DNA of 64,000 nt from Diplonema japonicum (lineage: Eukaryota > Protista > Euglenozoa: Diplonemea), in assembly GCA_964019335.1 (NCBI GenBank), contig OZ025655.1, positions 62,001 to 126,000 of the forward strand, in the 5' to 3' direction. Shown piece after piece: positions 13,460 through 24,723 of this stretch. The notes under the pieces are model-generated. The model worked only from the letters and a program-made list of their open reading frames with translations, made no database searches and was not told the origin of the DNA. A program made the translations under genes and the position numbers. Within the stretch, counting starts at the first letter, position 1. Each line of letters starts with the position of its first letter.

Positions 13460-14860
13460 CTACGCGACCAACCTTTCCTTTCTTGGTATCTCAAACCTGC
13501 ATGTCGGGCATTTATTGCTTTTCGCCAGCCATTCGATGACGCACTGTGTTGATTCTTAATGATAACAAGGATACCTGGTGGTGGAAGATGTGCTTGCACA
13601 CAATGCGGAGAGTCGGATCACCCGCACTGAGGTTATCAAGGCAGATGATACACTCCTCAGCTGCGACACCCTCGGGTGGCCCTGTGTAACGCTGGGGCTG
13701 ATAAGATGCGAGCTGTGCCTTGCCTAGTCCCGTGCACACAGCCATGGTACCGAGGTCGAGGAGATTCTCGTAGCTGAAGTCCGAGAGTTCCCATTCACCC
13801 GCTTCGTTGCGTGTGGCAGCTTGCTGAGCGCGCGCAGCCGGGCGCGGCACCTCGTTGTAAGTCGTCGCGAACGGCGTTGTGCTCAGCAGCCCTCCCTGCC
13901 TCCTCCTTGCTGGCGTTGCATTCGTGCGTGACGAAGTAATACCAGCAGGGCTTGATGCAGAGCGAGAGGCCGGTCTGCTTACAGGTGCGGGTGTCGCAGG
14001 AACCGGTGTAGGTACAGGCGTACTTGTAGATGTTCGGGGCTGTGTAGAGGGTAAAGCCTCACGCGACACAGAGCTGCTAGCAGGAGTTATGATAGCCGGC
14101 TCAGACTGCCTTTCAGGCAAGGAGGGTAGTAGGTGTTGCTGCTCTTCTTCTTCCTCCGCTATCTGGGCGGCCATAAGTTCATCAACCCGAGCTGACACGT
14201 AAACAGGGGGTGTGGGAGCGGGCGAGGGCTGCACTTCAAGAGCCGTATGCAACGACCTCGTAGGTGTGGCAGCAGGAGAGGGGGTGGGAGCAGGAGAAGA
14301 TCCAGGAGGGGTGGGGGGCACGGGGGTCCGGGTGAGTTCCTCTCGGGTGTGGCGCTTGCCCGTTTCTGGGCAAAATCTAGAATGCGGAGCTGAGCAGTCT
14401 GTAGGAGGTGAAAGCATTGTGTGTGCATACCGGGGCAGGCCTGAGCAGGTGTTGGAGTGGAAGGATGCGGAGAGGGTCGTACGCGCCTTCTGGCGCTCTG
14501 ATTCTTGGCGCCTTTCCGCAGCTCTCCCTCCAGTGTATCTCTCTTACGCTCTTTAGGTGCCCTCAATGGTGTTGCTGTAGTTGAACTCCTCCGTAAGGCG
14601 TGCTGAGAAGGCCCCGAGCCAGGGATACGGGTATCTTCTGGCAAAGGGAAAGTCATTATGAAACCGGAGTTCATGTTCATCTCACGAAGCGCTTCGATAG
14701 CCTTTTCGTGCTCAGTGAGCTCCTTCTTCGGGGGCGGTGCATGCCCAGGAAATGCCCTTCCGGAAAAAGTAGGTACCGCGTTCTTCCAATCAAGATTGGG
14801 GTTCTCAAAGTCATACCCATGCTGTGTGGCATGCGACATGTTCCTGTGGTGACTTGACAT
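13460..14860 (-). CDS. RING-H2 E3 ubiquitin ligase with a CxxC...RFCxxTGxxH motif
   Basis: DFSYENLLDL, then CIICLD...CKHIFHHQ|CVIEWL...CPTCR. Introns 14399-14430 and 13544-13574. Confidence 0.85.
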
Positions 14861-14910
14861 CAAGGCAAGAGGATACAGCTGTACAACATCCTGAAAAAGA
14901 TGCTAGCTAT

Positions 14911-16184
14911 TCACCTGACGTGAACCTTGTCAACGGAGTCAAGAACCTCGACAAGGTTCTTCTCGATCTTCTGGAGCATATAATCCCTCCAGTACTCATC
15001 CTCCCTGCATGACCTGTACACAGACAGCGCCTTGTCAAAGGCTGCCATGTCCTGCTTTGTGATAGACCACAGTAGCGAACGTATGAGTTCATACTCCTTC
15101 CCCGACTGGAACTGTGGCTCAGTATCGCTGTAGTGGTCGAATGCAGCCTGGGACTTCTCAATCCCTGGCAGCCTGTTGTCCACTGTGATGTCTACAAGGA
15201 AGCACAGCATGGCCCTGAAGAGCCCATCTGCTTTTATCTTGTCACCGGTCAGCGTCCTGTTTAGCAGTTCGTACATTGCGATTGCCTCGTGGTATCTACC
15301 CAAAAGTGCATTATACCCACCAACCTTGCTCAGGCACACATTCCTTTCCGTGAGGTACTGGTCACCCTTCATGCTGTAGAACTCCCCTGCCTCTTGGTAG
15401 TGCAGCAACACGTTCTCTAAGTCGCTCTCGTCTCGGCTCTCCTTCCACATCTCTTCGAAGATCTGTGCCACCTTCCTCTCATACTTTGCGACCTTGCAGA
15501 ACCTCTTGTGGGAAGCATGAATCTCAATTACCTTTTGCAAGCAAGTAACACTGTCCAAAAGGGACACAGCTTCGTAGCACTCAGCAGCCTTAACAAGGTC
15601 AGTTGCTGTTTCGATGTCTGAACCTAGCTTCGAAACACATGCCGAAGCTAAGCAATAGCACTCCCCAGCACGCCGATCTGTATTGTTCTGCGCCGTGCTG
15701 TAATACATACGCTCACCACCCCTCATGAAGTGGGACGCTGCCTCCAGATAATACTCATGTGACTCGTCCCATTGGTTGATGATGCCACTCCCACCCGTTT
15801 CCTGGAGCAGACGCTTGGCACGATGCATGCATTTCTCCCCTTTTTCTACATGGAGATTGTTGTCCTCAGGTCTGTACTCTCCGTAAACGGCATCTATCCC
15901 TGAGCGCAGCACATTCAGTCCGATCCAGGGTTTCTCTTTCCTCTGTGCTGCTGAGAAGAGCTCCTGTCATGTATTCCTCATGATATCGAACAGCATACCT
16001 CAAGCCCCTCCAGTCTCATGACATCACCCATGCTCTCGATCCCCGGTCTTGCTGTGTCTGACGTTCCAGCGTCGCTAATCTGTGGTACGAAGAATAAATT
16101 GAATGAAAACCACGGGATACATACCTTGTCAGCGCTGCGCAAGAGGTGTATCCCTCCATAAGTCCTTAAGTCAATTGGCGACAT
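14911..16184 (-). CDS. Alpha-SNAP-like (soluble NSF attachment) protein with N-terminal extension
   Basis: Helical repeats AGECYCLAS...KAAECYE...VTCLQKVIEIH...RFCKVAKY...HYQEAGEFY...YHEAIAMYE...LFRAMLCFL...EPQFQSGKEY. Introns 16080-16124, about 15964-15998 and in-frame 15678-15710. Start uncertain. Confidence 0.75.
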
Positions 16185-16248
16185 GTGTAAGCTGGATAGT
16201 AAGATAAATTGTGCTCAGCATGGGTCGGGAAACTCACAAAAACGTTGC

Positions 16249-17050
16249 CTACAGATACACATAGCCCTGTATCCCTTCGTTGGTGTAACCGCTCTCCAAA
16301 AGTGCTGTAATGTCGTCTTGAGCCACCGCAACAGCGGAGTCCTGTGGTGGGATGCACCGTGCGGCAGCAGATAGATACCTTTCGGTTAGCATTCCAGAAG
16401 CTTGTGAGCGGGTGAGTGCCCTCTCTTGGGGCGGAATAAATATAACCCTCCAAACGCACTGTGTGTCTTGTTGGAGAAACATACATCATACCCTTTGCGT
16501 ATTTGTTTTTAGTAGCATGCTCCGCGTTCTTCTCCGAGACCAGCTTCGTGTCCATGTACTCTCCGTGCCACATGCGGAAGAGGGGCTCTGTTCCTGGTAC
16601 CTGATAGACCTCGATACTGCCTAAGCTCCCCACGTAGCAGTACTGGTGTTTCGTGTCGCCTAATGTTAACAACATATCTTGCTCCCCTGCAGGCGTTGCC
16701 ACTACAGCGTGGTCCAGTCTACCCTCTGACAAATACGACTTCAAGAGCACAACACCCTTGCTACAGGGGTCTGCAGGCAACACCCACCCCTCGGGCTTCC
16801 CTGTGAAATTGCAATCCCACACTTGTTCTACCGGTATGCACCCCTTTTGCTTCTTCTGGTACATGTACCCCACAAGCACCTTCCTCGTTACTGTAACGTC
16901 GTCTAATAATCGCTGGTACCCGTAGAGCGGGAACTCTGACCCCTCATAGTAGATCTCGTACAGTGGCACTGAACCCAACTCATGCTTCGGCAAAACCGTG
17001 CACTGTCCGCCACCCCCATTCTGCGTCAGCGTCACCACCTTCCCCGACAT
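16249..17050 (-). CDS. DUF5648-like repeat protein
   Basis: Repeated G(T/S)xPL(F/Y)xxW/Y...D and Y..EG..GY motifs. Introns 16459-16491 and about 16342-16378. Confidence 0.6.
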
Positions 17051-17102
17051 CTTTCCTTGGTAATAGTAAAACGAGGCAAATAACAAGCGACTGAAACCCG
17101 AC

Positions 17103-17886
17103 TTAGATCTCCGTGTTACTCATCTGTTCACCCCTCAGAACATCCTTGCACAGTGCCTGTGGTGGGCTATATGGTGCTCGCAGCGCATACCTCACATGTC
17201 AGCACAAGGCTTCGATCGCCACACTCAACAGGCAGCTGCAGGCCCTCTTTGCATTCGCAGTTGCCAGCGTTCTTATGTCCCACAGGTTGCCTGTTCGTTG
17301 GATGTAATGTTTGAATTAAGAACATACGTGCAGCTCTTATCAGCACCAATGACCCTCTGTTCCTTAGGGTTGCACTCGTCGGTGGCCCTGAAAGCAGTGC
17401 AGTGCTCTGTTTCTGAGAAGATCTTCGGGACGTATGGCGCGCTCGGCGTCTTACGTGTGATGCTCTTGCTCTCCAACAGCTTCTCGATACCCTGTAAAGT
17501 GTGACAAACGATGCGGCTGAGTCATACGCGCTCGTTGAGGGGCTCTAAGGATTCACGCCCTAGCTCCTGCCCATAGATGTTCAGCCACAAAATCTCAGGC
17601 GGTGCACCCTGAATGTACTTCAAAGAGCACGCTGGGAACTGGCGCAGGTACGTGTCAATGAAGTTGCGCACCTGAAAAGTGTAAAAGCACCTCTTCACCA
17701 TACCCTCGGAAGATAGTTCAAACGGCATCCCTGGCAAGTCTCGATCCGGGCTCCCACTATTTTAGTGTCCTCCTCTGTCGCCACTGCATCTTCTGCATCC
17801 TCCTCTTTTGCACCACCACCAAATATCGACCATCCCACGCAAAGCGTGTATTGCAGCATCACCAGCAGGAGCAGTACCTTATTCAT
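17103..17886 (-). CDS. Sep15/SelM-family redox protein (Cys homologue) with a C-terminal Cys-rich domain
   Basis: Signal peptide; ARIETCQGCRLNYLPR|VRNFI...LKYIQGAPPEILWL matches SelM (ARVETCGGU..). Introns 17672-17703, 17492-17527, 17291-17327 and 17157-17190; ends ...SNTEI*. Confidence 0.8.
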
Positions 17887-17967
17887 TCTCACGCCTTTAC
17901 CCGTTACCTGCTTGTGCTTGAAGAATCGGATACATTCAATGAGTCTTTCGATGGTTAATGTTAAATA

Positions 17968-18975
17968 CTAAAATGTGAAACAGCGCGTGGTGGGCCGGAC
18001 CAGCTTGAAGGACACATCATATGTGATGTCATTTGCAACGGGGAATCTGTACTTTCTGGGCGTGTGCTTCTCGAAGTGAATAGGGCCTTTTGTGGTCCTC
18101 TCGACCATGGTGTAACGCACCTTAAGGGGCATCCTTGCTTTGCTGTCGCGGCGCTTGCGAATGAAGTCCCTGGAAAGGGTGCTCTCATTTGCTCGGCTTG
18201 TTGTCCGCTCAAAATTGGGTGTTTTCACATGGCGCCCGTTCGCGCCTGCTCCGGAGCACTGTGAGTATGTCACGTCGAGTGTGGTGTCGACCTTCCTGTC
18301 GACGTGGCCCTTGCCTCGTGTGCTGTACCTCCAGCCTCGTGCTGATGTCCGCTCGATGTCCACTGCACCATGCATGGTTGCCCGCTTTGTTGTAGCTCCG
18401 TAGTTCACATCGTAAAACATATCACTGTCGTGGCTGGTAAGACGCGAAGTACGTGCGGTCTGCGCCCCCATGTCGAAGCCTGAGACATGTCGCGACACAG
18501 CCATCCCGTCGTACCAAGGCAGGTCCAAGGGACGTACGCCGCCGGGGCGCTTGTCTCGAGAGAGGTTGCTGTCCATAGAAGTGGTACCTTTTATGTTCTC
18601 CCAGGCCTTGTCTGTACAGTGTGAGAATGAGCAGTGCGACTCACGGATGTTGTGGCCACGTGCGGTCGTCTTCATCATGCTGAAACCCGGCACCCTGCGC
18701 GAAGTCTGCGCGTCGCAGATGTTATAGTGTGGTGCATCCTGTGTGCTGCAGCAGCCAGCCATCACCCGTTCACGTCTCCCCCTCGACACTTTCTTTGAAA
18801 AATCATGACCAGGCTTCTCACTGCTCATTGTCGAAGACCCTGCGACCCATCCCCCCCCAGGTGGGTGCGCTGTACCCGGCCTCTGGGGTGTCGTGGGTCT
18901 GGTCTTCTGCTCTACAATGTACAGCCTCTTGAACCTGAGGAATGGTGACTCCTTCACAGCGCCGCCCTCGCCCAT
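17968..18975 (-). CDS. Basic repeat protein, possibly an axonemal SHIPPO/ODF3-like microtubule-binding protein
   Basis: Repeats of YDVxY...R.V..F.M.K.T.R (RRVPGFSMMKTTAR, RHVSGFDMGAQTAR, RHVKTPNFERTTSR). Confidence 0.55.
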   Translation of the reverse strand: MGEGGAVKESPFLRFKRLYIVEQKTRPTTPQRPGTAHPPGGGWVAGSSTMSSEKPGHDFSKKVSRGRRERVMAGCCSTQDAPHYNICDAQTSRRVPGFSMMKTTARGHNIRESHCSFSHCTDKAWENIKGTTSMDSNLSRDKRPGGVRPLDLPWYDGMAVSRHVSGFDMGAQTARTSRLTSHDSDMFYDVNYGATTKRATMHGAVDIERTSARGWRYSTRGKGHVDRKVDTTLDVTYSQCSGAGANGRHVKTPNFERTTSRANESTLSRDFIRKRRDSKARMPLKVRYTMVERTTKGPIHFEKHTPRKYRFPVANDITYDVSFKLVRPTTRCFTF

Positions 18976-19116
18976 CGCCTCTATGTCATCTGTGTGCGCG
19001 TTATGCTGAAGAACCAGACGCAGGGAAATCAAAAACAAAGAAAAGAAAGGGAAAGACAGTCATAATATCTAATGCTGTACTTATGTACTACTGTTTTGAG
19101 AGATGTGAGAGGTCCC

Positions 19117-19771
19117 CTAAAAAGAGGAAGGGGTCGGAACTGCCTGCTCGATCATATTGTTGGTAGTGGTGGTGAGAGTGATGTCCGAGTAGGTGTCGTC
19201 GAGGGACAAGGAGGGGGAGGGGTATGGGGGAGGGTTGTGGGTGATCTGGCATTCGAAACAAGATCCCTTGCTGCTAATGTTGATAGGGATGCGAATGAGG
19301 CCGAGGAAGGCAGAACTGGACATGGGGCGGTTGGTACAGCTTCCTCCTTGCAGCATGACAGATGCCTCATGGTCTTGCTTCATGCGCCGTGTGCTTTTAA
19401 GCCCAGGTATAGTTCTTCGGTAGCATGAAGGAATGCTATGACGGTCCTGTGAAGCTTTATTAATAAACAAAAAGGCTGGTGCATACGATCTGCATACACC
19501 CACTTGCTGTCCTCGGGAGCCAAGGCGACATAGGCTCTCCCAACGTATCCCGAGGGGACTCCCTGTAGCTCCATGAGCTTTGCCGCCCTAGGTCATCTAG
19601 CACGTGATTATCCTCTTCACCCTCCTTTCCTTCCTCGTTCTGCTCCCTAGTACTGGGTTCCGCCGGTGTGACTCGTTCCGGCTTCTCAACTATTTTCGCT
19701 TTTTTCTTACTACGGCTGCTGCCTCCATACGGTGCATTTCGAGCTGTGGGGTGGCTGTTGCAGCTGCCCAT
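19117..19771 (-). CDS. Hypothetical protein with an MGSC dual-acylation-like N-terminus
   Basis: ATG follows a U-rich tract and AG; one GTATG..AG intron at about 19455-19497 joins ORFs 19460-19777 and 19117-19503. Confidence 0.55.
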
Positions 19772-19843
19772 GTGCACTCTGTAGATAATCTGAAGACAGC
19801 GAGCCGAGTGCGTGAAAAGAAAAAAAAGAGGGGGAATATAAAA

Positions 19844-19880
<37 letters not shown>

Positions 19881-20979
19881 GTTTTCTTTCTTTTCCCTTA
19901 ACCTTTTCTTTTATACTTCACCTTTCTGATATCACTTCACGCACCCCCACCGGGAGGAGTGCCCCTTCTTGACGCTGAACCTCTCCGTTAAATATTTATC
20001 TTAAGGCTTCCCGCGAAGCAAAATGGTGCTTTCCGTGATAGATATTCCATTAGGTAGGCTCCCACTCGTGCTTCTTGGGTCACATGCCACCCATACTACA
20101 AGTGAAATATAACATCTTACAGCCTACACGATGGCCTCACCGTCCTCTCTGCTCCGCTAAAATAGGTGCCTCGAGAACACAGCAAAGCCATTGTCCTGTG
20201 GGAGCCTTTAAAAAGAGAACAAGGAATTCGGACAACCATCGCCCTCTTTTGGTTCTATTCTACAAAAAAGAAAACCAAAAAAGAAATATTGCTTCTATTC
20301 TCTCAGCAACTGGAAAAAAAAAAACCCTCAGTACTGCTTACCCTTATAAAAAATGAGAGAAAGGGGAAAAAAAAGGGGGAGGGAGAAGGAAGAAGACGAA
20401 AAGGGGAGGGAATGATTCTGTTTGTTCTCATTCACTATATTTTCCTTCTTCCTAAGATGTCTCTGCATTATCTTTTTCCATCCTTTTTGCCTTTATGAAA
20501 AAAAGCTTTTTTTTCCCAACCCGCTCCTGTGAGAAGGATGCCAACAAGATATAAAGGCAAGTAGTGTGTAGCAATCCCTCAACAGGGGAGAGCGAGAACG
20601 GGAAGTCCAGAATCTTTGACATTCAACCTCCGAGCAGCCAACTACGGCCGACGTGAGAAGAGGAGAATTTGGAAGAGAGGAAAATGACCCTTTGGACATA
20701 ACAGAACAGAGTGGCGGGGGACGTAGGCCGAGGCTGGACGATGGCCCTGCACAAGGCACGCCGCCAAGAAGGAATCTCCTTTCTATTCACCGCCGGAGAG
20801 AATGAAAAAAAAAGAGGGAAATGGGGATGATAGGGATACGCAGCACAAGGTATCAGTATTGATTAGTTGATATCGTAGTCCTTCAAAGTGTACCCAAGGT
20901 ATCGCGCCTCGAAGGGTCGTCTGCAGCCATGCGGCGCACTGACCAAAGATCAATCGGAAGGTGTTTGCAGCTTCAGGAC

Positions 20980-22818
20980 CTACCCTGAGTCAGACAACAG
21001 GGAGCACACAGACTCATTTGTGGGGAGGTTCACAGACGAAGATAGGCTGCTGTTCGCCGACGACCGCTTCTTAAACATCTCCGGGACCCACTCATAACAC
21101 ATCACTTTAATGTCCCTCTGGATGAGGTCTAGACCACTCAGACTTTTAAACATGCACTCGGCCAGAAGCCTGAACTTGTCTTCTGAGATCTTCCCCCGCA
21201 GCTCTTTGTCCCATATTCTGACCTCCTTTTGCACAGATTCTGCGCTTCTGACCACGTCAACCGACCTCCTCATAAGCGCCTTGATGGATGCTGTGAGCTG
21301 CTGCACAGAGGTCTCACCATGCCCGTTCTCCAGCTGGCTGATGCACGCCTGGATATTGCTCCGCACATGGTCCACTGCTGCAAGGCACGTCTTCAGGTGT
21401 GGCGCTGCGTAGTTAAAGAAGACCTCGCACGCTGACTTCATCGCCTCGCACTGCTTGTCGGTGTGCCCCTTCGCAAGGGCTTTCCCAACGTGGTGCGCAC
21501 CTCGCACGAAATTATTCACTTTCTTCAGCTGCACTGCTTCTTCCTGGCACTCTTTTATAAACCGCATGCACTCCTCGCTCCGTGCCTCGATCTCGTCTAC
21601 CGTCCTCTTGTGCGCAGCTGTCAGCTCTACCTCAAGCTTTTTCACCACCTTGAGGCCTTCTTTAACTTTCTTCTCTTCCTCCTCTAGCTTCTGGACCTCT
21701 TTCAGCAGTGCCGCCCGTTTATCCTGCAACTCTTTGATTCTCTGTTGTATGCTCTCACGTTCGACCACGATCCTTTCCTTCCCCTCTTGGTAAGTGTCTA
21801 TGGACTGTTGCTTCTCCTTCAGCAGCGCACCCTGCGAATCAGCCATGTTTTCCATATTCCTCTCCAGCACACTGAACACATGCTTCATCTTCAGTTTCAC
21901 GAGCTTCTGACTGGCTTCGATGTTGTGGCCCTGCAGCCTGCACTTTCCTGCTGCTTCCAAGGAGGCACGCTGCTTCCTGACGAGCTCAAGTACGTCGTGT
22001 GAGGAGGGGAACAGTGTTGGGTCACCAGTCATGCGCAGCTGGTCTTCTTGTATGATGAGCTGGTTGACGTGCTCGCGTGCCTGCACGAGTGAGGCGTACT
22101 GCTCAGTCATGATGACCTCCTTCTCGGGATCGATCTTGAAGAGCACGAGGCAGCTGCACAGCAGGTCGATCAGCATGCTGGTTACAAGCTCCACCTCCTT
22201 AGTCCCTTTTGCGGCCTTCTTCACCCAAGCGTTCGTGATGGGTATGATCTTCCACATCTGCATCACAAGCTCCTTTGTCGTAGGCAGATCGGTGCACAGG
22301 CACTTGCTCAATAACAACACCAGTGCATCCTTCGGGGGGTTGTAGTACTTCAGGGTACTCTGCACAGCCTTCTCCATTGCGGCCGAAGAGAGGAATACAT
22401 CCCTGAATGTGTGTGGGCCATCTGCCTGCTTGTATCTCTTCTTAGTCTCCTGCATGAACACGGCCCACTCGTTCCACAACGCTGCCCTGTCGTCCCTGTC
22501 CCAGCTGGATGCGGCGTCTTCCAAGGCGTAGGTCAGGTCGGCGGCGTGCGTGATGTTGCTGAAGGACATCTTGGGGTGCTTGGGCTTGTTCTGGGAACTC
22601 CCGTTCACCAGTTGATGGAATATTGGGTTGATAACATCATCAACTGTGGTGAAGAGGCCTTTGGTGAGGATGTCTGTCATCAAGCCTGAGGAATGTCGTT
22701 TCGCAGGGGTAACGTGCTGCTCGGGGAGGGACGTGGCTGCCACCGCTAGAGCAGCTGCAAATGCCACCTCCTCCACCGCAAGGAAAGGTGACGAAGAAGC
22801 GAAGAGGAAGAGATCCAT
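20980..22818 (-). CDS. Hypothetical coiled-coil protein
   Basis: Long open frame with heptad-rich C-terminal half. Start at 22818 (after TTGTACAG) or at 22680. Confidence 0.7.
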   Translation of the reverse strand: MDLFLFASSSPFLAVEEVAFAAALAVAATSLPEQHVTPAKRHSSGLMTDILTKGLFTTVDDVINPIFHQLVNGSSQNKPKHPKMSFSNITHAADLTYALEDAASSWDRDDRAALWNEWAVFMQETKKRYKQADGPHTFRDVFLSSAAMEKAVQSTLKYYNPPKDALVLLLSKCLCTDLPTTKELVMQMWKIIPITNAWVKKAAKGTKEVELVTSMLIDLLCSCLVLFKIDPEKEVIMTEQYASLVQAREHVNQLIIQEDQLRMTGDPTLFPSSHDVLELVRKQRASLEAAGKCRLQGHNIEASQKLVKLKMKHVFSVLERNMENMADSQGALLKEKQQSIDTYQEGKERIVVERESIQQRIKELQDKRAALLKEVQKLEEEEKKVKEGLKVVKKLEVELTAAHKRTVDEIEARSEECMRFIKECQEEAVQLKKVNNFVRGAHHVGKALAKGHTDKQCEAMKSACEVFFNYAAPHLKTCLAAVDHVRSNIQACISQLENGHGETSVQQLTASIKALMRRSVDVVRSAESVQKEVRIWDKELRGKISEDKFRLLAECMFKSLSGLDLIQRDIKVMCYEWVPEMFKKRSSANSSLSSSVNLPTNESVCSLLSDSG

Positions 22819-22927
22819 GTTTTTAACCTCTTTCTTATCCTTCCTGTACAAATACGAGAAAAGAATACCCCCCCTCCCCCATGCCTCAGTAGTGCAAAAA
22901 ACCAACAAAATAAATAAAAATAGAAAT

Positions 22928-23401
22928 CTACCGCACGGCATCATGCCCGTGCAGCCTAACCCATCTTTTAGCCTTGTTGCTGAGCCAATGTGGCCGCCAG
23001 ACGATAGCCTGGGATGCAGGTGGTGGTCGGCAGACCATTCTCTTGTGGGAGGATGGAGGGTTTAGTCCTGAAGTGAAGGGGAGCACAGTGGACATTGTGT
23101 GGGGTGCTGGCATAGGGTCATAAAGGTCATTAGCTGTAAAGTAATGCCTTCTGATGGAATTCACCTGTTTCATCCGGTGTACTGCTGCTCGCCTCCGGAG
23201 GGCAACCACCCGCTCTGGCAACTTCAAGGGCGCGAAGCCACACCTGTCAACTTCTTCCTGCAACATGTCGTGCTGCTCTCTGCTCTTCATCCCCCTCCCC
23301 ATACTCGCCTTGTCAGTAGTCATACCAAAGGCCTTTGGGGCCTCTTCTTTCGGAATCATCTCTAGAGCCCGCTCAACCAACGCATGGAAGTCACGTGGCA
23401 T
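22928..23401 (-). CDS. Hypothetical basic protein (157 aa)
   Basis: ATG follows a pyrimidine tract and CCGCAG; coding-like composition within U-rich flanks. Confidence 0.55.
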   Translation of the reverse strand: MPRDFHALVERALEMIPKEEAPKAFGMTTDKASMGRGMKSREQHDMLQEEVDRCGFAPLKLPERVVALRRRAAVHRMKQVNSIRRHYFTANDLYDPMPAPHTMSTVLPFTSGLNPPSSHKRMVCRPPPASQAIVWRPHWLSNKAKRWVRLHGHDAVR

Positions 23402-24659
23402 ATGGGGAACAGAATCAACCTGCGGAATGCGTTCAGGAGGTACAAAGGGTAGAAACTTGTAATAAAATGGGAAGAAAGGCGGATGGGTGGTGCCTTTGAG
23501 AGTATATGGTAAAGTAAATAAAAAAAAAGAAGAAGACTATTTATGAAGGAATCTCCGCTTTCTTTTCACTCTTTTTCTTTTTTCTTATAAAAAAAATGCA
23601 TTCTTTCTTTTTATCCCCCCTTTAATTCGTTTCTTAAAAAAAAAAAAATAGTACACTTCTCCACCTAATTCTGCTGACAACATTGAGACATTTCTGCTCT
23701 TTTTTTCTCATTTTTCTTGTTCCGGCGCTCTGCCCCAGTTGTCGCCCCTGCAGTTGCATCTTTAGTAGCCTTCGATTTTCTCCAGAAAGGAACGCTAAAA
23801 AAGCAGGGAGATCTTGGTAAAAAAATAAAATCTTTTAAAAAAAAAATGGCCGGACTCCTGTGCTGTCACTGGCTACATTCTATTTCTTCACTCTTCTCCT
23901 AACCAGAAAAGAGGGAAACGAGAAGAGCGTAACCCGAGATACGTTGCCAAATGACTTTGTTCTTGAAAAAAAAATTGTTTTTTTTTTTTTTGTGTGTCTG
24001 CTGTCCTTGCTAATTGAGGTTTTCTTTTAATATGAAAAATACCCATCATAGATCTTAATTGCTCTTGGTGCCTTTTCGTTTGCCTGTGTAGCCTTCAGAG
24101 CCTCCCCCTGACTTAGAAATATGATGGGTATAAAAAAAATACTGAAAAAAAAAAAAAAAAAGATCCCAACAAAAGACCAGAGACTTTCTACTTTCTACTC
24201 CAACCCCACCCCCCTTCGCTCTTTTCCGTTTCCCCCTTTTTCTTTCCCTCTTCGCTTCGGTCAGCACAGCTGGTGAGGGGAAAATCATCGGATAAAAAAG
24301 AAGAAGAAGAAGAGCTGAAGGCAGCTGAAGGAAGTGAAAGAGTGGAGATCTATTACTTTTTTCCTGTTTTTATTCTACACCTTTCTTTCTGACAAAAAAA
24401 AGAAATACCATCCTTTTTTGAGCTGCTACGAAGCGGGCCCAAAAGGAGGAAACTGTGTATGGAGGGGAAACGAAAATAGTATACACTAAGACTCGAAGGG
24501 GGAACCTTAAAGGATCCGAGTAAAAAAAAAAGAGGAAAAAAAAAGGAAAAAAAAACAGGGGAGCAAAATAAAAAAAAAAAAACCGATAATATTAATGAAA
24601 TCAAAAGAAAAACCCCAAGAAAAAAAAAGTGTAAAAAAAAAAAATACAACAGAAGAGAC

Positions 24660-24698
<39 letters not shown>

Positions 24699-24723
24699 AA
24701 GCGAACATTCTTGTATATGACAC
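23402..24723 (-). other. U-rich 3'-UTR/intergenic region after the kinesin, including a U37 tract (24661-24697)
   Basis: Homopolymer tracts directly visible. Confidence 0.6.
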
